A DNA stretch of 64,000 nucleotides from contig CAVSHB010000004.1 of NCBI GenBank assembly GCA_963727775.1, positions 64,001 to 128,000 of the forward strand, given 5' to 3'. Below the pieces are notes generated by a model. The model worked only from the letters and a program-made list of their open reading frames with translations, had not been told where the DNA came from and did not search any database. Each line of letters starts with the position of its first letter. Within the stretch, counting starts at the first letter, position 1. Shown one piece after another: positions 41,384-51,744 of this stretch. The stretch comes from an uncultured Nitrospiraceae bacterium. Lineage in GTDB: Bacteria > Nitrospirota > Thermodesulfovibrionia > Thermodesulfovibrionales > SM23-35. A program made the position numbers and the translations under genes.

Positions 41384-43256
41384 TCATTGCTTATTTGCTA
41401 TTTCAGATTTGTTGCTGAAAAGGGAATTCTGGAGTTCCTGTATTGAATATTGCTGTTTCGCAGCAAAGTGAAAAACAGGGATATCAGCAGCCGCAAGAAC
41501 TTTGTCTATGAATTGGTCGCGGTATTGTCTTTTGGATTGATTATGGCTCTTGCGTCTAATTCTATTACAAATTTCACGCCGAGAGACGTGGAGTCACATG
41601 CAACAAAATCAAGGTGCTTGCTTTGAATCCGATTGAACGCTTTCTGCCATGTGCTCTTATTATTTCCTTTTTTTACTTTGACCACATCGGCAAGACGAAC
41701 TTTACCCATAATTCGCACTTTTCCGTCAACGGCTTGCTCAAGCACACCGAAAAATGACCGCTCCGCTGGCGTAAAAAGTGTCTGCTCTTTTTCGTATGGA
41801 TAATCTTCTGTATCGCCGCTTTTTCCTCTGAGAAATGTCTTTAATACTGTTGCGGCAATTCCAGGTAGTGTCAACTATTTTGTGTAAATTTGATAAAGGG
41901 GCAAATTGGGTCGCACCTTTCCTATTGGATTTGATCTCCAACTCAACTCCATCTTTAACGATATAAAAGCAAGAAGCCTATAACAGGCATCCTCTCCGGC
42001 TACTATCTCCATAGTCTTCGTTCTTCTCTTGAATTCCTTGTTCAGGCGCTCAATAATGTTCGACGTCCGTAATGATATCCATTCTTCTTCCGGGAACTTG
42101 AAGAATGTCAAACAGGCGTCTATTGACTGGCCTAATGATTTCACGGCTGAGGGGAGTTCTTTGCTCCACTTCGTGTAAAAGCTCCTGTAGAATTCATCTG
42201 CCTTTCCTTTTGAAGAGGCATAGAATATAGACCTCAGATCATCTGCTACTTCCTTTTTCAATTTATGAGGTACCTTCGCCAGTACATTACGGGCCACATG
42301 CACCTGGCACCTCTGCACTTTTGCATTGGGAAACTCTTCTTCAAATACTTTCTCCAGCCCAGAAAGCCCATCCATGATTCCCAGCCTCACCGATGACCCG
42401 TCGAGCCCTCTGCTTTTTAAATCCTTAAAAAACTCCCTCCAGTTCGTAGCCGATTCCTTGTCGCCGCTCTGCAGACCGAGCACTAATTTCGTTCCATCCC
42501 CTGTTACCCCTATTGCTGCAAGTACGGGGACATTCTCCACACTATACTTCAATCTCATCTTGAAGATCACGCCGTCTACAAAGATGTATTTTATTGGCTC
42601 CTGGGATAAATCACGGTTGCGCCAATTCTCTACCCCTGCCGTCAATTCCTTGCTCGCCTTGCTCACTTCTTCATGAGATATCTCACGCCCTATAAGTCTC
42701 TTGCTTAACATCGAGAGCGTCCGCGTGCTTATCCCCGTCAGATACATCATCGACAAATCCTCCGCGATCCTGGTTTCATATCGCTTCCCACGAGGCAATA
42801 CCTGTGTCTGATATTCGCCCTTCCGATCTCTAGGTACCTTTACTGCTACTTCTCCAATCCCCTTAATACAGAAGTCCCGGGGATAGCTCCCGTTGCGATG
42901 GTTGGCCTCCCCCTTGCCACGCTCATATCTTCCACGCCCTAAAACATGCGTCAGTTCTGCCTTCATCAGGTTCGTCAAATAGTTGCCTACGTCCTTTTGC
43001 ACATTCAGCGTGGCCATCTCAAATATCCTCGACGGATTCTCCTGCAATTCTTTGATTAAATTTACGACTTCTGGTACGCTAATCTTAATTTCCATGGGTG
43101 CTCCTCCTTTTGATTTTTGTTATTGGTCTAACAAAATATTTTATAGGAGGTGCGCCCTTATTTTTCCCCTCGTTTGAATTTCACACAGTCAAGTTTACAC
43201 TGTCCAATTCCAAAGACGATCAGAATGGCAACCAATGGCCACAGACTTTGAATCAT
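41384..43256 (-). pseudogene. DUF2726 cassette gene, interrupted by IS256 and frameshifted
   Basis: N-terminus MIQSLWPLVAILIVFGI (43256) continues AATVL..LFTPAERSF..KVRLAD..KHLDFV..IELD; frameshift near 41552. Confidence 0.85.
41864..43204 (-). mobile_element. IS256-family element (transposase 41875..43095)
   Basis: RNG..VPRDR, FVDG, DGLSG, QRCQVH, IERLNKE; 8-bp TSD CAATTCCA at 41856-41863 and 43205-43212. Confidence 0.95.
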
Positions 43257-43277
43257 GGTTTTCTCCTTTATTTAGGT

Positions 43278-43334
43278 GTCGAACATGCGGCTCACCTGGA
43301 GCCAGCTTTTTCGGCGATCAGGTGCAGCCGATTG
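43278..43334 (-). other. attC site split by IS110 (remainder 44983-44988)
   Basis: Reconstituted: ATTTAAC-5-GCTGCACC-24-GGTGAGC-5-GTTCGAC. Confidence 0.8.
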
Positions 43335-44982
43335 ATACTCATTAAGGCCCCCCTGAACCATACCCGAATCAGGTATGATTCAGGAACCGAAATCATTTAC
43401 CAAAAGGAGGCCTCAAATGAGATTTTACATCAAGCAGCACAAATTTTACTGCGGTATCGATCTTCACGCAAGGACTATGTACCTTTGCATCCTCAACCAG
43501 GAAGGAAAGATCGTCCTGCATAGGGACATCAAGACAGACCCCGACATCTTTCTCAAGACGATCGCGCCATATCGTGAGGACATCGTAGTTGCCGTTGAGT
43601 GCATCTTCACCTGGTACTGGCTCGCCGATCTCTGCTGTAAAGAGAATATTTCCTTCGTCCTTGGCCATGCTCTCTATATGAAAGCCATCCATGGCGGCAA
43701 AGCCAAGAACGACAAAATAGACGCATATAAGATAGCAGCCCTGCTTCGGGGCGGCATGATGCCCATGGCCTATGTTTATCCTTCCGATATGCGCTCCACC
43801 AGAGATCTGCTCAGGCGGCGCACTCACCTCGCAAGAAAAAGGGCTGAACTCATTGCCCATATCCAAAACACCAATCACCAGTATAACTTCGCCGATATGG
43901 GAAGGATCGCAAGGAAATGCGACAGAATCAAAGTAGGCGTTGCCGACCGCTTCACCGATCCCAGCGTACAAAAAAGCATAGAGCTCGATATCACCCTTAT
44001 CGAGCATTACGATAAACTCCTAAACCATCTCGAACATGAACTCTCTCTTATTGCGAAAGTGCATGATGCCGATTCCTATTTCCGCCTCCGCTCTATTCCA
44101 GGCGTCGGAAGGATCCTCGGCCTCACCATCCTCTATGAGATACATGATATCAACCGCTTCCCTCGCGTACAGGATTTTGTCTCATACTGCAGACTGGTGA
44201 AATCCGCCAAGGAGTCGGCTGGGAAAATAATCGGGGCATCCGGCAAGAAGATCGGCAATGCCCATCTGAAATGGGCCTTTTCCGAAGTTGCTGTGCTTTT
44301 CCTCAGGAGAAACCCAGAAGCCGTAAAATACCGCGCAAAGCTGGAGCGAAAGCACGGCAAGGCAAAGTCTCTGACCATCCTTGCTCATAAGCTTGCAAGG
44401 GCTGTCTATAATATCCTCAAGAAAAAGGAGGTGTTTAATCCTAAAGTATTCTTTGCGAAATAAAGCTGGGACCGGGTGAGCCTGTTCGTCTAACTGGCGC
44501 CATTAGGGTGAAGTCCGATAGATGCTCGTAAACATCATATGTTTGCAGCTTCGACTGCCCTTCGATCATCCTGGAATATTATGCCCGGCGCAAATACGCT
44601 TTGATTAGGACATCCGGTCCCTCATAACATATAAAGATTGTTAAGGTTCTGTCCCTTACCCGAGCCTGATACTAACTGGATGAGGCCACTGACCTGAACC
44701 AGACCTTTGAATAGGACGGTACAAGGGTACTAAATTGTTTCTAGGTCGTGGAGAACAAGGGCGATTGCTCTCTCCACTGTCGCCGGGGATAGAGATTGTG
44801 AAAACAGTTCTCTTTCTCATGGCTATTGAACCTCGATAAGTGTTTGGTGCAGACATTGATCTAACGCCGCATTTGAAACCAAGTCAGAGCTGGCGATGGT
44901 CTTTTAAAAAAAAGAAATAGAATTTTATTTTATTTCCGATCAGGATCGTTTTTTCTCTTGACAGGGCAGGGCCTTATAAGTG
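43335..44982 (+). mobile_element. IS110-family element (recombinase 43417..44463)
   Basis: GIDLH, AVE, KNDKID (DEDD), SIPGVG, ESAG; TG core at both junctions; subterminal TAAGGCCC/GGGCCTTA. Confidence 0.92.
44468..44727 (+). ncRNA. Candidate bridge/seek RNA of IS110
   Basis: Two stem-closed loops, each GAGCC-TG..-TAACTGG ... CTTTGAWTAGGAC. Confidence 0.55.
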
Positions 44983-45570
44983 TTAAATGGTCTGTTCCAT
45001 CTTCTCTTTGGGTCTCTCGTCTACGTACGCATGGTAATTCTGTGAATCGGGACCCCAGTCGAAGAAAACCCCGACATCCTTATTCCTCATGGCAGTCGCA
45101 TGCTCGTCACTCAAGGACAAGTTTATGATCGAAAGGAGAAGCGGAGATCGTCTGCTTACCAAGGAAGCATAAACCTCGATAGTATAGCCGCCCGAAAGAA
45201 AATCGTAAGTAGTTCCATCTTTCGGTGTTAAGAAATGATGGTTACAGACTAGGCCGTCAATCCCGACAGTAATTCCCGAGCCACGGGCAAGAAACGTGTC
45301 TCCGTAAACCCACAGGTTGAACGTCTGCAAGGTCTCTCCTCGCTTTACTTTGACAAACATGCTCTCCACTATCTGATTCCTTCTTGACGTACTATAGAGA
45401 AGGGTTCGCAAAAAGACCTTCGACATTCCTTCGGGGTCTCGCCCGAAGAAGATCATCGTGGGTTGCGTCATCTTTATTGTGCCCTTTCTGAGAAGAGTAA
45501 GCCACGCAGTAAGCCCTGCGACAAACAGAGAGAATATGGCGATTACAATTGCAGCAATCTGGAGAACCAT
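44983..45570 (-). CDS. Hypothetical membrane-anchored protein (first cassette of array 2)
   Basis: 195-aa ORF between GTTAAAT (45602) and R'' ATTTAAC. Confidence 0.8.
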   Translation of the reverse strand: MVLQIAAIVIAIFSLFVAGLTAWLTLLRKGTIKMTQPTMIFFGRDPEGMSKVFLRTLLYSTSRRNQIVESMFVKVKRGETLQTFNLWVYGDTFLARGSGITVGIDGLVCNHHFLTPKDGTTYDFLSGGYTIEVYASLVSRRSPLLLSIINLSLSDEHATAMRNKDVGVFFDWGPDSQNYHAYVDERPKEKMEQTI

Positions 45571-45764
45571 TATTTTATGCCTCTAATCTCTTTCCATTTA
45601 ACATTTACTTTTACGCATATTATATATTTGCTTAAAAGATTATAATTTCCCAAGTTGATTGTCAATAAAATTTACCGGAAAACCGCTGATAGGTGACTAA
45701 TAATTCTATATGCGGATCTGTTATTGATGGATGCAAAAGTAATGTCCTATCCCTGTTGCGAATT

Positions 45765-45825
45765 TGTCATTCTGGCTTGTCCAGAATCTTTCTTCCGGAA
45801 GGACTCCCGACAAGCGGGAGTGACA
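45765..45825. repeat. REP-like palindrome (related half-site ~9632-9661)
   Basis: tgtcattctggcttgtc..gactcccgacaagcgggagtgaca. Confidence 0.6.
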
Positions 45826-45938
45826 GACAGGGAGACGTTATGAGAACATTTACTTATATAGGAGTCTATAGTTTTCAGACAGGCTCTGTGTCTCTATATT
45901 TACTATTAACATACATTATTCATAATTCATAAGATTGC

Positions 45939-46078
45939 CGACAGATGCAGTATTTAAGCGGTTTTAAATGCTTTCGAAGAAAGAATTTACCTCGGAGGCC
46001 CGATTTGTACCGGGCCGAGAATGAGCGCAAATACTGTATTTGTCGATAGTAGCAAATTTTATGAATTAATCGGGTTAA
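45939..46078. repeat. 140-bp structured dispersed repeat, copy 2
   Basis: Matches 15436-15575. Confidence 0.8.
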
Positions 46079-46295
46079 TTAATACGGAGGAGATATGGGC
46101 AGCAAAAGCTTGAGGGCAGCACCTTTGTGGGCGGCAAGATATCAAATTGGACCTGCGGTTTTAATGTTACGCGCAACAACATCGAGAAAACACAAATTCT
46201 GCATCCTCAAGGTTTTGATGCCCATATCTCCGACGTCCTGAGCCACTTTCGTAAAGACTAAAAAACGCGTATGTGTGACGGGTCTGACTAAAAGA

Positions 46296-47171
46296 TTATA
46301 GTCCGGCTTCTTCCAGAACCATAGGGACCTTCTTCTCCCAGCCGATAGCCATGATGTGGACACCCTGGCAGAGGTCTTTCATGCCCTTAATAAGTTGCGC
46401 GGCTATCTTGACGCTGGTTTTTGTCTTGTCCTTTGTCTCTTCCATCTCTTTAATGAAAGGATCGGGAACGGACACGCCGGCCACATTTTTATTCATGAAC
46501 TTGGCCATACCGGCTGATTTGAGAAGGATGATCCCGCCCATTACCGGGACCTTAAAACCTTCTACCCGTTTCATAAATTTTTCGAAGAGGTCTAAATCGA
46601 ATATGCCCTGGGTCTGAAAGAATCTTGCGCCGGCTTCGATCTTCTTCTCCATCTTAATAATCTGCATCTCCAATGCGGCTTCATTATCGGCCCCGGGGTT
46701 TACCACCGCTCCGGGAAATAATTGCGTAGCGCCCTTAAGCTGGTTACCCATCATGTCAAAACCTTCATTGAGTTTACTTATCACCCTTAACAGGCCGACG
46801 GAATCCAGATCGAAAACAGGCATCGCCTCAGGGTGATCGCCGAGTGACGGATGGTCTCCGGTTAGGGCCAGCACATTTCTGATACCCAGGACCCAGGCGC
46901 TTAACAGATCGGATTGGAGCGCCAGCCGGTTTCTGTCCCTGCATGTCATTTGGAAGATAGGATCGATACCGTGGTCCGTAAGGAGGTGGCTAACCGCCAT
47001 CGAACCCAATCGCATAACAGAGCTCTGCAGGTCGGTGACATTGATCGCATCCACTTTCCCTTTAAGGAGTTCCGCGTCTTCCAGTAATACGTCTGTATCT
47101 GTTCCTTTAGCCGGACCTATCTCAGCCGTGATAAGGAACTTGCCGGAATCTAAAGCCTCCCTCAATCCCAT
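46296..47171 (-). CDS. metF: Methylenetetrahydrofolate reductase
   Basis: TCRDRNRLALQSDL, LTGD, AGARFFQTQ. Confidence 0.95.
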   Translation of the reverse strand: MGLREALDSGKFLITAEIGPAKGTDTDVLLEDAELLKGKVDAINVTDLQSSVMRLGSMAVSHLLTDHGIDPIFQMTCRDRNRLALQSDLLSAWVLGIRNVLALTGDHPSLGDHPEAMPVFDLDSVGLLRVISKLNEGFDMMGNQLKGATQLFPGAVVNPGADNEAALEMQIIKMEKKIEAGARFFQTQGIFDLDLFEKFMKRVEGFKVPVMGGIILLKSAGMAKFMNKNVAGVSVPDPFIKEMEETKDKTKTSVKIAAQLIKGMKDLCQGVHIMAIGWEKKVPMVLEEAGL

Positions 47172-47172
47172 C

Positions 47173-47856
47173 TCATTTTGATCCTTTTGCAGGCCCCTTC
47201 TTCAGCCTCAAATCTTCTCTCACCATCCTCCGGGGGCTTACAGGTCTTGTCTTCGGCTTGGTCATCCCGCTCAGGACATCAGCCATTTTTGTTTTCCCGA
47301 GTTGCGCGTATATGAGCTGCCACGCGCATGGGTTGTCCTTCGAAACCTCGCACATGCCGGCCTTTGCCCCGCCGCAAGGACCGTTGATCAACTTTTTAGC
47401 ACAACGCGCCACAGGGCATATTCCGCCTGTTTTATGGAGTATGCAGTCTCCGCACGCCGCACAAACCTCAACCCATGTACCCTGTCCGCCTGAAAGTCCG
47501 AGGAAAGTAGTATTCATCGCAGGCAAAACAGTGACCCCTTTCAGTCTCTCGGCGATACCCTGCACACCGGCCCCGCAAGCCATAGACAGGACTGCATCGT
47601 ACTGAGAAGCCTCTTCTTTTATCTGATCGATGAATTCCGGATCGCACTGCCGTAATATCGTCTTTTCTCCTGCAACAATCTCTTTGCCTTCCAGTTTCTT
47701 TGCCATCCTGATAGAAGAAGCCAGCAGTTCAACCTGCCGCTCACCACCGCTCATGCAGACGGTGACACAGGTGCCGCAGCCGAGGACCATAACTTTCTTG
47801 CAGTCCTTCAGCATCTCCTTTATCTCGTCGAAAGGTTTGAGTTCAGCGACAATCAT
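47173..47856 (-). CDS. metV: MTHFR Fe-S subunit MetV
   Basis: GCGTC, RQC, CGAGVQ, CAACGDC..CPVARC..NGPCGG..C..CAW. Confidence 0.9.
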   Translation of the reverse strand: MIVAELKPFDEIKEMLKDCKKVMVLGCGTCVTVCMSGGERQVELLASSIRMAKKLEGKEIVAGEKTILRQCDPEFIDQIKEEASQYDAVLSMACGAGVQGIAERLKGVTVLPAMNTTFLGLSGGQGTWVEVCAACGDCILHKTGGICPVARCAKKLINGPCGGAKAGMCEVSKDNPCAWQLIYAQLGKTKMADVLSGMTKPKTRPVSPRRMVREDLRLKKGPAKGSK

Positions 47857-49874
47857 GGCACTACCTTCTTTCCCGTACGTAAGGGATTTACACCCATGGC
47901 ATCAAGCCTCTCCCGGAAATGCTCGAAATCCTCATCTCCAGAAATGATGGCCAGTCTATCTTCTCCCAGGCCTATTTCATTTAAAATCTTTTTGGCCCTT
48001 TTTATATGTTCCTCCATCCATCGAGCGCCATCCCTGAAACGGCATGCGTCAATGGTGCACATGTGTACAGCAACACCTTCAACGCCAAGTTCAAAAGGAT
48101 AAAGTATCTCCGATTCTTTCAGATTGCCGGTGCAGTATCTTCCGAGCCAGTATATATCGTCCCTCTCAACAGGGGGGCTCAAAGGAGAATCATATCTGCA
48201 ATAGAAACCGATTACGAGGATTTCCGGCTCCTCTTCTCTTGCGGAATCCACAAGCTGATCCAATTCCGTATGCAGGTCTTCTTTTCCTATTCTTTCAATA
48301 TCTATCGCAGCTGCCGGGCATTCAGATGCGCAGATTCCGCAGGACTGACATTGACTGATATCTATTTCCGCTATCTCCCTTCCCGGGACCGGCACGCCGA
48401 AGGGACATATACGGACACAATTGAGACATGCCGCACAGGTCTCTGTAACCGATGCCCCTGCGCCGCAGTTCAGGCATCGCATGGCTTCCCTGCATGCCTG
48501 CTCCTGGGTATAGCCCAAATCCACTTCTGCAAAATTATCGATGCGTTCTTCAAACGGCAAAGTCGGCATCTTCTGTCTCTCAGATTTATTTAACAAATTA
48601 ACCACATTCTCATCTAAGGCCCGCAAAGGCTCAGCGACATGATGTCCTTTATCCGGTTCATTGCGAAAATAACGGTGTATTGCTTCAGCAGCTCTTCTTC
48701 CAGCTGCCATTGCTTCGATGACACTCATGGGACCCGTCACGACATCGCCCGCGGCAAAAACGCCCTTTATGTTGGTAATGCCCGTCTCGTCCTGAACGAT
48801 CACGGTACCCTTCCGGTTTATAGTTAAGCCATTGTGAGTAAGGGCTTCCGCGTCAGGGATATACCCGATCGCAGATATTACTGTATCAACTTTCAATTCA
48901 AACTCGCTGTTTTCTATCGGCTCCGGCCTTCTTCTTCCCGAAGCATCTGGCGCTCCGAGCTCCATCTTCACAAGCTTTACACTCCGGACCTTACCTTCAC
49001 CTACGAACCCGACCGGAGAAGTCAGGTACAGCATCTTGACCCCTTCCTTTTCAGCCTCCTCCACCTCTTCTTTGCCGGCAGGTATCTCATCCAGTGTCCG
49101 GCGATAAATAATGGTAACGTCCGGACATCCAAGGCGGACGGAGGTCCGCGCCGCGTCGATAGCGGTATGCCCTCCCCCGATAACCAATACCCTTTGTCCC
49201 AAATCCGGAACCTGTCCCCTGCATACCGATTTAAGAAATTCAAAACCGGAGATTATTCCGGACAGATCGTTCCCGTCGCACTTCGGCAATATGCTCTTCT
49301 GGCTGCCTACAGCCAAAAAAACCGCATGATAATCTTTAAGAAGTCCTTCGAGGGTAAAATCTTTGCCGAGAGAAAGGCCGGTCTCCGCTTCAATACCCAA
49401 GGATAAGATATTATCTATTTCTTGTTTTACGAGCTCTTTCGGGAGTCTATATTCCGGAATTCCTTCGCTCAATAATCCGCCGAGCACATTCCGCGCTTCA
49501 TATATAGTGACTTTGTAACCGAGCAATGCGAGGTCGTGGGCCGCTATAAGACCGGCCGGTCCGCCCCCGATTACGGCTATCTTTTCGGCGTATGAATTTC
49601 GGGGTTTTTCCAGGAGGTCCAGTTTTTTTGTCTGATCAACCGCAAAGCGTTTCAAAGCCCTTATCGAAACAGGCTTGTCCACCTGTGCGCGCCTGCAGGC
49701 CTTTTCACATAGCCGGGTGCAGATCCTTCCGCAAACAGATGGTAACGGGTTTACCTGGCGGATAATATGAATTGCTTTTTCTACATTATTTTGGGCAATA
49801 GCGGAAACATAACCGCGGACATCGGTTTTTATCGGACATGCTGCCTGGCAAGGGGGTATGGCTTTTTCACTCAT
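47853..49874 (-). CDS. GltD/NfnB-like flavoprotein fused to 2x[4Fe-4S] and MvhD-like domains
   Basis: PCQAACP, CGRIC..CE..C, GGGPAG, GGGHTA+YRR, two CxxCxxCxxxCP, GFYC..CTG..CTIDAC. Confidence 0.85.
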   Translation of the reverse strand: MSEKAIPPCQAACPIKTDVRGYVSAIAQNNVEKAIHIIRQVNPLPSVCGRICTRLCEKACRRAQVDKPVSIRALKRFAVDQTKKLDLLEKPRNSYAEKIAVIGGGPAGLIAAHDLALLGYKVTIYEARNVLGGLLSEGIPEYRLPKELVKQEIDNILSLGIEAETGLSLGKDFTLEGLLKDYHAVFLAVGSQKSILPKCDGNDLSGIISGFEFLKSVCRGQVPDLGQRVLVIGGGHTAIDAARTSVRLGCPDVTIIYRRTLDEIPAGKEEVEEAEKEGVKMLYLTSPVGFVGEGKVRSVKLVKMELGAPDASGRRRPEPIENSEFELKVDTVISAIGYIPDAEALTHNGLTINRKGTVIVQDETGITNIKGVFAAGDVVTGPMSVIEAMAAGRRAAEAIHRYFRNEPDKGHHVAEPLRALDENVVNLLNKSERQKMPTLPFEERIDNFAEVDLGYTQEQACREAMRCLNCGAGASVTETCAACLNCVRICPFGVPVPGREIAEIDISQCQSCGICASECPAAAIDIERIGKEDLHTELDQLVDSAREEEPEILVIGFYCRYDSPLSPPVERDDIYWLGRYCTGNLKESEILYPFELGVEGVAVHMCTIDACRFRDGARWMEEHIKRAKKILNEIGLGEDRLAIISGDEDFEHFRERLDAMGVNPLRTGKKVVP

Positions 49875-50038
49875 TTGTTCATTCCTCCGGCTAAACTTCC
49901 TAAAAAATACTTTGTGCCTTCGGCACCCCTATATGAATACTTTACCTCATCGACACAAAACAGTAAACGCAGTACCCTTACCTCCCTCGCGGGCATTACA
50001 TATAGTGGCTTATCTCCCTGCATTCTGCAGCTTCCACT

Positions 50039-50887
50039 TTAGCCTGCAGCGTTCGCGGCCTGTACGGTATTGTACATGAGCATCGCTATTGTCATTGGGC
50101 CCGCGCCGCCCGGAACAGGCGTGATAAAAGCCGCGAGCTCCTTGGCGGCTTCAAAATCTACGTCGCCTACGATCTTGCCTTCTTCATTAACATTTATGCC
50201 TATATCTATTATCGCGGCCCCTTCTTTTATCCAGTCACCTTTTACAAATTTCGGCTTTCCGATCGCAACACACAGGATGTCCGCCCTGAGACATTCTGCC
50301 TTGAGGTCCGCAGTCCTGCTGTGGCAGATCGTGACAGTCGCATTTTTCCTCAGCAGAAGCAATGCCAGCGGCTTTCCGACAATCACACTTCTCCCCAGGA
50401 CAACCGCGTGTTTTCCGGACGGGTCAATGCCGTAGGCTTCGAGCATCTTCATGGCGCCGTGTGGAGTGCACGGAAGATATCCTGCTTCATCAAGGACCAG
50501 CCTGCCGAGAGACTGCGGCCCGAATCCGTCCACATCCTTCTCAGGCGCGATCCTGTTCATGACCTCTTTTTCATCAAGACCTTTCGGCAAAGGGAGCTGG
50601 ATGAGAATCCCGTGGACTTTTTTATCGCTATTCAGCGCGTCTACCAGCTTCATGAGTTCTTCCTGTGTAGTTGTCTCCGGTATTTTATGCGCTATGCTCG
50701 TTATCCCGAGCTGAACGCACGTTTTTTCCTTTGAGGCGACATATTTTTTAGACGCGGGGTTTTCTCCCACGAGAACAACGGCGAGACATGGATCGATACC
50801 CCTTGCCTTCAGATCTGCGATCTTCTTTTTCAGGTCCTCCTGAATGTCTGCCGCTACCTTTTTACCATCGATTATTTGCGCTGACAT
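50039..50887 (-). CDS. folD: Methylene-THF dehydrogenase/cyclohydrolase
   Basis: EKDVDG, PCTP, GRSVIVGKP, TPVPGG. Confidence 0.97.
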   Translation of the reverse strand: MSAQIIDGKKVAADIQEDLKKKIADLKARGIDPCLAVVLVGENPASKKYVASKEKTCVQLGITSIAHKIPETTTQEELMKLVDALNSDKKVHGILIQLPLPKGLDEKEVMNRIAPEKDVDGFGPQSLGRLVLDEAGYLPCTPHGAMKMLEAYGIDPSGKHAVVLGRSVIVGKPLALLLLRKNATVTICHSRTADLKAECLRADILCVAIGKPKFVKGDWIKEGAAIIDIGINVNEEGKIVGDVDFEAAKELAAFITPVPGGAGPMTIAMLMYNTVQAANAAG

Positions 50888-51081
50888 TTTCCCTCCGTAT
50901 TTACAGGAATTTTTGATAATGCAGATGTTGTGATTAAATTTATTTTTCGATACAAAATCGTACCTTCAATCGATGATTCCCGGAATATCTATTCGATAGA
51001 ACAAATAGAGATAATACCAATAATCCATCGAGTTAAATAAATTTATGAACAATATCTGCATTATTCCAATTAAAGAACAGA

Positions 51082-51645
51082 CTAATCCCTTTTCTTGATA
51101 AGCTCCAATAATTCTTCTCTTGTAGACTGTTTGGTCCTGAATATCCCTCTGACAGCCGATGTGACCGTACGCGAACCTGACTTCTTTACCCCTCTCATAC
51201 TTATGCACAAATGCTCCGCATCAATAATAACCATCGCGCCCTTTGGCTTCAGTTTATTCATTATTAAATCGGCAAGTTGCGTTGTTAAACGCTCCTGCAC
51301 CTGCAGCCTCTTTGCCAGGACCTCGACAGATTTGACAAGCTCGCTTAGTCCTACAATCTTTCCGCCGGAAGGGATATACGCAACATGCACCTTCCCTATG
51401 AATGGAAGCATATGATGCTCGCAGACGGAATAAAACGGGATATCTTTAAGGAGCACCATCTCGTCGTGGGTTTCGCCCTCAATAGCTTTCAGTAATTCTT
51501 CAGTGGGGGTCTCAAGGCCGGCGAATATCTCCTGGTACATCCTTGCAACACGTTCAGGAGTCTCTTTGATACCGGACCTTTCCGGGTCTTCACCGATCCC
51601 TTCGAGAATCATCCTTACGCCTTTTTCTATTTTTTTAAGATCCAT
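51082..51645 (-). CDS. folE: GTP cyclohydrolase I
   Basis: [24 protein letters not shown]. Confidence 0.97.
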   Translation of the reverse strand: MDLKKIEKGVRMILEGIGEDPERSGIKETPERVARMYQEIFAGLETPTEELLKAIEGETHDEMVLLKDIPFYSVCEHHMLPFIGKVHVAYIPSGGKIVGLSELVKSVEVLAKRLQVQERLTTQLADLIMNKLKPKGAMVIIDAEHLCISMRGVKKSGSRTVTSAVRGIFRTKQSTREELLELIKKRD

Positions 51646-51744
51646 TTCTCCTGCCGCCTAACAGCGAATTTCTTCGCATTTTAGCATTAGTTATTATTCC
51701 CTGTCAAAAAATAATAATCTTTTGCTTAATGATTAAATTGGGAA

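Noticed and set aside
49871..50025. ~50-codon ORF between folD and the flavoprotein gene
   Set aside because: No recognisable motif; cannot be supported from sequence alone.
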